The notes beneath the pieces were generated by a model. That model saw only the letters and a program-made list of their open reading frames with translations. It was not told the DNA's origin and did no database searches. This document shows positions 1 through 5,318 of a DNA stretch of 5,318 nucleotides, in pieces; position 1 is the stretch's first letter, and the number at the start of each line of letters is the position of its first letter. Origin of the DNA: Caedimonas varicaedens (GTDB lineage: Bacteria > Pseudomonadota > Alphaproteobacteria > Caedimonadales > Caedimonadaceae); the NCBI GenBank assembly GCA_001192655.1, contig BBVC01000047.1, positions 1-5,318 of the forward strand. The letters run 5' to 3'. The translations under genes and the position numbers were made by a program.

Positions 1-111
1 TTCATAATCCCGAATTCTTTGCGATTTTGCGATTCTGTTGGAACTCCGACATTTCTTGATGCGAAGATGCTGCGATCCTTTGTGAATCCTTGCGATTCTT
101 ATAGTTTTCAA
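1..111 (-). CDS. Possible 5' end of a leftward gene (open to the window edge); very tentative
   Basis: The minus strand reads AAGGAG (130-125), then 13 nt, then TTG (111-109). This opens a frame with no stop through position 1 (MKTIRIARIHKGSQHLRIKKCRSSNRIAKSQRIRDYE...). The SD spacing is long, the start is non-ATG, and only 37 codons are visible. Confidence 0.2.
   Translation of the reverse strand, partial: MKTIRIARIHKGSQHLRIKKCRSSNRIAKSQRIRDYE
19..99. repeat. Cluster of direct TTGCGAT / TGCGAT motifs (possible protein-binding array)
   Basis: TTGCGAT occurs at 19-25, 27-33 and 90-96. cTGCGAT is at 70-76 and the variant TGCGAA is at 61-66. The 10-mer TTGCGATTCT occurs twice (27-36 and 90-99). 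Four exact copies of a 6-mer within about 80 nt is far above chance expectation. Confidence 0.4.
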
Positions 112-357
112 TGGATTAAAGGATCTCCTTATGTGCTAACAATGTTTCTACAATTTTGTTTTATATCTTCTCTTGTCAAAACAAGGATAAGCCCATAAAA
201 CTTGATCTATAAACACCTTACTTTGAGGTAAAGTGCGCCTGCTTGTAAAGTACAGGAATCTCAAATTTTGATCGACCACAAATCAGAATGTTGGGAGGGG
301 AGACGTGTGGGGTTACAGGGACTTTTCTGAAGATTTTTTTGAAGAGACATCACTCCC

Positions 358-385
358 TTGTGCTTCTGATGACGACGCATAAAAT
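358..385 (+). promoter_or_regulatory. Candidate sigma70-type promoter for the 444..1189 gene pair
   Basis: The elements are TTGTGC (358-363), a 16-nt spacer, and TAAAAT (380-385). The -10 matches the consensus at 5/6 and the -35 at 3/6. A transcript from here would have a leader of about 50 nt before ATG 444. This rests on pattern match only. Confidence 0.2.
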
Positions 386-443
386 CAAGGCATTTTTTAT
401 TTATCCCCCTCAAGAGTGCTGTCAGGGTCAATGTCCTTGCCAT

Positions 444-686
444 ATGTCGCGGAGACGTATTGTATTATCCCTGAATCTGAACCTGTACCATCAAGAAAAA
501 AAGAAGTGGCTTAAAAAAGGGAAAGCAATAAATGGTTCCTCTCTGCATGAGATCGCTCATCTTTTGGGGATTCCTGATGAAAATGGTCTTTTAGAGGAAT
601 GGAAAGAAGGCATCCCTCTCGGCTCATTGAGAAAGACTTCAACGATCAACACAGACAACAGGATTTTAAAAGAACAGGCGCTATGA
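444..686 (+). CDS. Hypothetical small protein, 80 aa, with a helix-turn-helix-like segment
   Basis: This is the in-frame ATG at 444 within ORF 288..686. The upstream 52 codons ('...PPQECCQGQCPCH') do not look like protein. The segment 'SSLHEIAHLLGIPDENGLLEEW' (537..602) resembles the HTH found in small DNA-binding and transposase-type N-terminal domains. The protein has a basic N-terminus. Its stop overlaps the next ORF's ATG. There is no clear SD, so the start is uncertain (alternatives at 288 and 369). Confidence 0.4.
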   Translation: MSRRRIVLSLNLNLYHQEKKKWLKKGKAINGSSLHEIAHLLGIPDENGLLEEWKEGIPLGSLRKTSTINTDNRILKEQAL

Positions 687-1189
687 CATGGACACTTCTC
701 CGACTCAAACACACCTATGCCCGTTCCTGGTGGAGAGAACCCAGAGCAACTATATCAGAAGCCTTATCTATCCTGATAGGAGAAGCTGCTTTGAAAAAAG
801 AAAACAAGGCAAGATGGATGACCTATGCTGACCATCTTGGGGGAGAGAAAGCCTATACAGGAGCTTTTAGACGTTTTCGTTCTCTCTGTCACTTGATAAC
901 CGCTTACTTTTATATCATAGAGCAAAAAGGGACGTTTTTGTGGGATGACCCGAAGAACATTAACGACTTTTTAAATACTTCGGCTTGCCTTAGGTCCATG
1001 ATTTTGGCTATCCGAACCAATAATGTCAGCCAACAATCCCTTTTTTTGCAGCATCAGCTTTTATATTTTCCGGACTGGGTTCAGGGAGATAAGGGACTCA
1101 ACTCCCCAATAATCATTGAACCCTTTGAAGATAGACAGCGACAAATTGATGACGATTTTGCTCAATCCCTTCAGAAAGTTATACCCTGA
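683..1189 (+). CDS. Hypothetical protein, 168 aa, no family recognised (predicted mostly helical, Trp-rich)
   Basis: This is the longest ORF in the left third (ORF track 599..1189). I prefer the ATG at 683 because it forms an ATGA overlap with the stop of the upstream ORF (TGA 684-686). The residue composition looks protein-like, and no competing long ORF exists on either strand. There is no strong SD (only 'acagg' upstream). Confidence 0.5.
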   Translation: MTWTLLRLKHTYARSWWREPRATISEALSILIGEAALKKENKARWMTYADHLGGEKAYTGAFRRFRSLCHLITAYFYIIEQKGTFLWDDPKNINDFLNTSACLRSMILAIRTNNVSQQSLFLQHQLLYFPDWVQGDKGLNSPIIIEPFEDRQRQIDDDFAQSLQKVIP

Positions 1190-1438
1190 AGAGCAGGCAG
1201 ACAAGGTGACTAGCCTGGATATTTCACCAAGTTTCATAAAAATAGGCTTCAAATCCTTGATACATATGAGTTTGAGGCAGATAACGAACAATTACAAATT
1301 TGTAGTTTTGGTTTTCCGCCGTAGATAACCTAAAAACCACACTCTCTCTGAATTTTTGAGAGAAATAAAAAAAACTCATGAAATATCTGGGCTAGGAAGT
1401 ATGACATGAATTTTCAGCAAAGGCTGGCCAACGAAATC

Positions 1439-1465
1439 AAAGCCGCACCCGCAGATGCGGCTTTT
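1439..1465. terminator. Rho-independent-type hairpin, plausibly bidirectional, between the convergent hsdR and 683..1189 genes
   Basis: AAAGCCGCA (1439-1447) pairs perfectly with TGCGGCTTT (1456-1464) around an 8-nt loop, cccgcaga. On the + strand the GC stem is followed by TTTT. On the - strand it is followed by TTTGATTT. It lies 87 nt past the hsdR stop and 250 nt past the 683..1189 stop. Confidence 0.55.
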
Positions 1466-1551
1466 CCCGTAGCATTGCAGGATTATGCCTTGATCCGGCA
1501 TCAGCTTCGGCAATGTCCCTAATCGAAATTTAAGCAGAGTTTCCTAAACCC

Positions 1552-4500
1552 CTATATCCCGAAATACTTCTCAAAGAATGTACGAAGCTTTTCTAACACA
1601 ACAGATTTTTTCTTCGCGCGGGTGTTATCTTTGGCAAACATAGGAACGGGAGGCAGAATTCCAGCAAAGGCTGTCCCCGTTGATTTAAGTTCGCCATCGC
1701 GGAAGGCGTTGGCTATAAACTTGCGTGTTTGCTCCGGCTTCAGGCTTTCTTCCTCAATAATCTTTTCAAGATCGTTCTGCCGGCTCTCGTCCGCGAATAT
1801 CCGCCAATCCCGATCAACATCGGTGTTGGCGTTCAGAGTATAGATAAAGCGTTCTATCAGCTCCTTCTTGCTGCGCAATTCCAGATTTGAATTCATCGCC
1901 TTGTCGATCGTAGTCAGGATCTCCTTATCCTTCATATGCGACTTATGGTACTTGGCGACCAGTTGTAGGATATAATCAATGTTGATGGTTACTTGTTTGA
2001 CCAGCTCTATCTCAAAAACAATGTCATCGTTGATGATTTCCTTTTCTTCGTCCTTGTGTTTGCGAAGTTTATCGTAGAGGTCAAGATATGCGCTTTGATA
2101 GTCTTGGAAATCTCGTTCTGACAGGATTTCGTTGCCTTCAAACTGGTCAAACGATGCAAGGATATTCCGAAGCCGCAGGATCGCGCCGTAGAGCCTGATA
2201 AAGTCCTTTTCTGCCTGCTCACCTTCTATATGAACCGGCAGAGGAAACCGCTCAATTAACTCTGCGATAAGCTCTTTATAGCCGCGTTGATGCGCGCCGT
2301 CTTTGTCCCAGCAATTGTAATAATCATCGTAGGATTTCAAGAGGACGATGCCACCAGCCTCTTTATTTCCGAAGATGGAAATCGCTTCGTTGGTGGCCGT
2401 TTCCAGATCACGAAAACAGACAATGTTACCGAAGGTTTTAACCGAGTTCAGAATGCGGTTGGTACGGGAAAATGCTTGTAACAATCCATGATGACGCAAA
2501 TTTTTATCCACCCACAGGGTGTTCAAGGTTGTTGCGTCAAAGCCAGTCAGGAACATATTGACGACGACCAACAAATCAACCTCGCGGTTTTTAACCCTCT
2601 GCGAGAGGTCTTTGTAATAGTTCTCAAACTTATCGGCGCTGGTATCAAAATTGGTTGCAAAAGACTGGTTATAGTTCGCAATCGCCTGATCCAGAAAATC
2701 GCGTGAGGATTTATCCAAGGCAGTAGTATCAAAATCCTCGTCTGGCAAAATGCCATCCTCGCATTCGGCTTCGTTCGCGCCAAAGCTGTAAATTAGCGCG
2801 ATTTTGAGTTCCGTATTCTTGCTCTTGAATTCCGCGTAATATTTTTTCGCAGTTTCGATGGAGCTGACAGCAAAGATGGAATTGAAGCCCGCCAGCCGCT
2901 TGCCCTTCAGGGTGTAGCGTTCATTCCGTTTGGTCTTCTGGTCAAAGTGTTCAAGGATATAGGTAGTAACCTGCGCTATCCGTTCGGGCGCATTGGTCGC
3001 GCGTTCAATATCAATGGCGCGAACCTTTTTATCCTTAATATTGTTTTTCATTTTCAGGGTGTTGATATAATCAATCCTGAAGGGCAGAACATTCTCGTCG
3101 TTGATCGCGTCAACAATCGTATAAGCGTGCAGCTTTTGCCCGAATGCCTGTTCTGTGGTTTTCAGCTGCGGATTGCCGCCAGAACCTGAATTCACAGCAA
3201 AGATTGGCGTGCCCGTAAAACCGAAGATGTGATATTTCTTAAAGGCTTTGATGATTTTCATATGCATATCCCCGAATTGGGAACGGTGGCATTCATCAAA
3301 GATAAGCACGATATGCCCATCAAAAACGTCATGCCCCTTGTTCTTGGAGATAAAGCGATCAAGCTTCTGGATCGTCGTGATGATGATCTTGGCGTTTGGG
3401 TTGGCAAGCTGGCGCGCTAGGATCGCCGTGCTCGTGTTTGAGTTGGCCGAACCTTTCTCAAACTTGTCGTATTCCTTCATCGTTTGATAGTCAAGATCTT
3501 TGCGATCCACGACAAAGATCACCTTATCCATGCCGTCAAGGCAGCTGGCAAGCTGTGCGGTTTTAAAGCTGGTCAGCGTTTTACCGCTGCCTGTTGTATG
3601 CCAGATGTACCCACCTGCATCAATCGTCCCAAGCTGTTTGTGGTTCGTTGACATCGCGATCTTGTTAAGAATTCGCTCTGCTGCCGCAATTTGATAAGGA
3701 CGCATTACCAAAAGCAATTTATCGGTGGTGAACACGCAAAAGCGCGTCAATACGGAAAGTAACGTGTGCTTGGAACAGAATGTTTTGGCAAAATCCACAA
3801 GGTCGGAAATTCGCTTGTTCTTGCCATCTGTCCACCAATTGGTGAATTCAAAGCTGTTGCTGGTTTTCTTGCCAGACGTTTTTCCCGCCTGTTCCTTCAG
3901 GTGTGTGCTGCGGGTGGTGTTGGAATAGTATTTAGTATGTGTGCCATTCGAGATCACAAAAAGCTGCACATACTCAAACAGCCCGCTATCTGCCCAGAAG
4001 CTATCCCGCTGATAGCGATTGATCTGGTTAAAAGCCTCGCGGATGGCAACACCGCGCCGCTTGAGTTCAATATGAACCATCGGAAGGCCGTTGACGAGAA
4101 CAGTGACATCGTAGCGGTTTTTACGCGCGCCTTCGGTCTCGTACTGATTTATGACCTGCACCGCGTTGTTATGAATGTTGTCCTTATCAAGAATGCGAAT
4201 GTTCTTCGTCGTGCCGTCATCGCGGCGGAGGTTATAGATATAATCCTCCTGAATTTTTGTTGTCTTTTCTTCGATGGAATCGTTCTTGCAGGCAAGATAG
4301 TTGTTTAGAAGCTGCGTCCATTCGTCATCGGAAAATGTGGTGTTATTCAGACGCGAAAGCTGAGTACGGAGGTTTTGTAAAAGATCATCATTGCTTCTGA
4401 TGGTCAGATATTCATAGCCGTTTGTCTGTAAGATGCGGATGAATTGAACTTCAAGCTCCGACTCAGACTGATAGCCTTGTGCGCCTGTATCAACAGGCAT

Positions 4501-4557
4501 ATATTCAGCAACAACCGTGCTGTTCGGGTTTTCGGCGGTTGTATTATAACTGGTCAT
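1552..4557 (-). CDS. hsdR: Type I restriction enzyme R subunit (HsdR), full length, EcoR124I-like (family IC-like)
   Basis: The ORF is uninterrupted (ORF track 1552..4560, starting at TTG). I prefer the ATG at 4557-4555, which lies 7 nt after AAGAGG (4570-4565). The translation has a PD-(D/E)xK nuclease core 'RYDVTVLVNGLPMVHIELKRRG' (D codon 4108-4110, E 4066-4068, K 4060-4062) followed by QxxxY ('NQINRYQ'). It also has SF2 motif I 'TGSGKT' (3577-3594, checked by hand), a DEAH-type motif II 'DECH' (3286-3297, checked by hand), 'FGFTGTPIF', 'MFLTGFDA' and 'QAFSRTNRI'. Long blocks such as 'GGYIWHTTGSGKTLTSFK', 'FVVDRKDLDYQTMKEY' and 'FDECHRSQFG' match my memory of EcoR124I HsdR. The stop is TAG at 1552-1554. 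Confidence 0.95.
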   Translation of the reverse strand: MTSYNTTAENPNSTVVAEYMPVDTGAQGYQSESELEVQFIRILQTNGYEYLTIRSNDDLLQNLRTQLSRLNNTTFSDDEWTQLLNNYLACKNDSIEEKTTKIQEDYIYNLRRDDGTTKNIRILDKDNIHNNAVQVINQYETEGARKNRYDVTVLVNGLPMVHIELKRRGVAIREAFNQINRYQRDSFWADSGLFEYVQLFVISNGTHTKYYSNTTRSTHLKEQAGKTSGKKTSNSFEFTNWWTDGKNKRISDLVDFAKTFCSKHTLLSVLTRFCVFTTDKLLLVMRPYQIAAAERILNKIAMSTNHKQLGTIDAGGYIWHTTGSGKTLTSFKTAQLASCLDGMDKVIFVVDRKDLDYQTMKEYDKFEKGSANSNTSTAILARQLANPNAKIIITTIQKLDRFISKNKGHDVFDGHIVLIFDECHRSQFGDMHMKIIKAFKKYHIFGFTGTPIFAVNSGSGGNPQLKTTEQAFGQKLHAYTIVDAINDENVLPFRIDYINTLKMKNNIKDKKVRAIDIERATNAPERIAQVTTYILEHFDQKTKRNERYTLKGKRLAGFNSIFAVSSIETAKKYYAEFKSKNTELKIALIYSFGANEAECEDGILPDEDFDTTALDKSSRDFLDQAIANYNQSFATNFDTSADKFENYYKDLSQRVKNREVDLLVVVNMFLTGFDATTLNTLWVDKNLRHHGLLQAFSRTNRILNSVKTFGNIVCFRDLETATNEAISIFGNKEAGGIVLLKSYDDYYNCWDKDGAHQRGYKELIAELIERFPLPVHIEGEQAEKDFIRLYGAILRLRNILASFDQFEGNEILSERDFQDYQSAYLDLYDKLRKHKDEEKEIINDDIVFEIELVKQVTINIDYILQLVAKYHKSHMKDKEILTTIDKAMNSNLELRSKKELIERFIYTLNANTDVDRDWRIFADESRQNDLEKIIEEESLKPEQTRKFIANAFRDGELKSTGTAFAGILPPVPMFAKDNTRAKKKSVVLEKLRTFFEKYFGI

Positions 4558-5318
4558 CAAGCGGCCTCTTGGAAGCTGAGCAGCTTATCGCGATAATATT
4601 CGTATTGCTGACGGCGTGCGGTGATTTCGGCGGGCAAGCCTTCTGAAATGTCATTCACCAGCACATCGAATTTATCGAGGATAGAGACAATGCGTTCTTG
4701 CTCTTCCATTGAGGGAACTGGGATTTTGAAATTTTTGACCTTTGCGTCAGATATCGCCGGATAGCCTGCGCCTTCCTGATTGCGTTCAACATAATCATTA
4801 AATGCGGTGGTCGTTATAGAGAAGTACAAATATTTCGGCAAAACTTGCTTTTTATCGGCGCTAAGCACACAAAACCCAGTACTACAAATTTGACCATCAT
4901 ATTTCTTCGGAATATAGCAGAAACGTTTCAATGTTGGGCGCGTAGTTCCGAAAATAATATCATCTTCTAACACGATTTGTTGCGCGCGACTTGGCGCATT
5001 ACTGGCATGGATCTTTTGCGTTTCAGTGATCTCGTTGTTTTCACGACTAACAGAAGACAAGTCAATGTAGGCGTAATCTTTGCCTGCATTTTCTTTCCAT
5101 TTGATATTATTTGTCTTCATGCAAATTTCACCCATTGTCTTCCAGCTTACCCCCCCCCTAATATTATCGTTGAAGCTCAATAGCTTATCACGATAGTGGC
5201 TATATTGCTTGCGACGGGCTTCCAGCTCTGCTTTCAGCTCTGCTTTCAGCTCTGCTTCCAGCTTTGTGAAAGCATCTAACACTTTGACAATCTCTTGCTG
5301 GATATAGCTAACAACATA
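4557..5318 (-). CDS. hsdS: Type I RM specificity subunit HsdS, C-terminal part (central conserved region + TRD2 + distal conserved region); 5' end lies outside the window
   Basis: The ORF track starts this ORF at GTG 5282, but the frame stays open to the window edge (5318..5283 reads YVVSYIQQEIVK in frame). The gene is therefore truncated by the window and is not a 241-aa protein. The central conserved region is 'LDAFTKLEAELKAELKAELEARRKQYSHYRDKLLSF'. The TRD has typical Methylase_S features ('YIDLSSV', 'PSRAQQIV..DDIIFGTTRP', 'ICSTGFCVL'). The distal conserved region is 'EEQERIVSILDKFDVLVNDISEGLPAEITARRQQYEYYRDKLLSF'. The two conserved regions are also similar at DNA level exactly 600 nt apart (4572..4619 vs 5172..5219, 34/48 identical by hand alignment). 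The stop is TGA at 4559-4557. Confidence 0.9.
   Translation of the reverse strand, partial: YVVSYIQQEIVKVLDAFTKLEAELKAELKAELEARRKQYSHYRDKLLSFNDNIRGGVSWKTMGEICMKTNNIKWKENAGKDYAYIDLSSVSRENNEITETQKIHASNAPSRAQQIVLEDDIIFGTTRPTLKRFCYIPKKYDGQICSTGFCVLSADKKQVLPKYLYFSITTTAFNDYVERNQEGAGYPAISDAKVKNFKIPVPSMEEQERIVSILDKFDVLVNDISEGLPAEITARRQQYEYYRDKLLSFQEAA
4565..4570 (-). promoter_or_regulatory. Shine-Dalgarno (AAGAGG) for hsdR, embedded in the 3' end of hsdS
   Basis: The minus strand reads ccAAGAGGccgcTTGATGacc. AAGAGG lies 7 nt before the ATG (4557-4555) and 4 nt before the TTG (4560-4558). The hsdS stop TGA shares one base with the hsdR ATG. Confidence 0.6.
5150..5158 (-). repeat. Homopolymer: G9 on the coding strand of hsdS (C9 on + strand)
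   Basis: This was read directly. The + strand is 'cttaCCCCCCCCCtaat', and the minus strand is AAT ATT AGG GGG GGG GTA (N I R G G V). It is the longest homopolymer G/C run I can find in the window. Confidence 0.95.
5220..5267 (-). repeat. 12-bp tandem repeat (about 4 units) inside the hsdS central conserved region, encoding TKLE-AELK-AELK-AELE
   Basis: The + strand units are ttccagctctgc (5220-5231), tttcagctctgc (5232-5243), tttcagctctgc (5244-5255) and ttccagctttgt (5256-5267). Period-12 identity is perfect from 5223 to 5257. Confidence 0.9.

Noticed and set aside
173-201. TTGTCA-N17-TAAAAC on the + strand, and a perfect TTGACA on the - strand (179-174), as divergent promoters
   Set aside because: The + strand -10 lacks the conserved final T. 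The - strand -35 has no acceptable -10 at 16-19 nt spacing. This is too weak to annotate.
231-239. AAGTGCGCC, resembling the Haemophilus uptake signal sequence AAGTGCGGT; also TTCAGACGC near 4347, resembling the Neisseria DUS
   Set aside because: Neither is an exact match and each occurs once, so there is no support for an uptake-sequence-bearing genome.
288-443. N-terminal extension of the 288..686 ORF (52 extra codons), and the 599..682 extension of the 599..1189 ORF
   Set aside because: The translation of the first extension (GETCGVTGTFLKIF...PPQECCQGQCPCH) looks non-protein-like and overlaps the candidate promoter. The ATGA stop/start overlap at 683-686 favours the shorter models. I cannot exclude the longer starts.
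261-443. 60-aa minus-strand ORF
   Set aside because: It is short, has no SD, is an odd basic peptide, and lies in what looks like the leader and promoter region of the plus-strand pair.
497-503. A_AAA_AAG heptamer in the correct phase for dnaX-type -1 frameshifting within the 444..686 ORF
   Set aside because: It lies in a Lys-rich stretch (EKKKW). There is no upstream SD-like stimulator or downstream hairpin, and the -1 frame stops after a few codons, so no plausible alternative product results.
869-892. 'RRFRSLCH' in the 168-aa protein fits the HEPN Rx4-6H pattern, which would suggest an HEPN RNase toxin
   Set aside because: The protein has about a dozen Arg and several His, so one Rx4-6H match is expected by chance. 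The usual polar residue after the Arg and other HEPN context are not evident. I keep this only as something profile or structure searches could test.
1293-1304. Perfect 12-bp palindrome TACAAATTTGTA
   Set aside because: About one 6+6 palindrome is expected by chance in 5.3 kb of AT-rich DNA. It occurs once and is not positioned relative to any promoter I can identify.
1061-1328. ORFs 1061..1291 (-) and 1116..1328 (+)
   Set aside because: Both overlap the 3' end of the better-supported 683..1189 ORF or AT-rich spacer. They have no motifs and no ribosome-binding sites.
1343-1374. Hairpin TCTCTC-N9-GAGAGA followed by an A8 run
   Set aside because: The stem is weak at 6 bp. The A-run follows the hairpin on the + strand and the T-run precedes it on the - strand, so it does not fit an intrinsic terminator in either direction.
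1622-4308. Plus-strand ORFs of 63-180 aa inside hsdR (for example 3766..4308, 2947..3189, 3248..3487, 1622..1843)
   Set aside because: All are antisense shadows of a strongly supported 1001-aa gene. Their translations are low-complexity or atypical, with no motifs and no SD. The same applies to the minus-strand out-of-frame ORFs 2007..2222 and 2547..2783.
4977-5183. 68-aa plus-strand ORF antisense to hsdS
   Set aside because: It is a shadow ORF inside the HsdS TRD coding region, with no start context or motif.

Overview
The right two thirds of the window (1552..5318, minus strand) is the distal part of a Type I restriction-modification operon. It holds the C-terminal 253 codons of the specificity gene hsdS, which runs off the right edge, so hsdM is presumably beyond 5318. 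hsdS is followed by a complete 1001/1002-aa hsdR whose ATG overlaps the hsdS stop (TGATG). The HsdR motifs and the HsdS architecture resemble the EcoR124I/NgoAV-type (family IC) enzymes as I remember them. The left third (1..1551) is more AT-rich and contains no family I can name. It has a plus-strand pair of ORFs joined by an ATGA overlap (444..686, a small HTH-like protein, and 683..1189, an unknown 168-aa protein) that converges on hsdR. A bidirectional hairpin terminator (1439..1465) lies between this pair and hsdR. A cluster of TTGCGAT motifs sits at the far left next to a stretch of about 30% GC. I see no rRNA, tRNA, CRISPR array, transposase or recognisable IS ends. The most interesting points are two hypermutable-looking elements in the hsdS central region: a G9 tract where a slip of one base either way gives a near-immediate stop, and 12-bp tandem repeats encoding (AELK)n. 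The other is the unassignable two-gene cassette next to the RM system. That cassette is the only candidate here for something undescribed, and I cannot show from sequence alone that it is a defence or toxin-antitoxin module.
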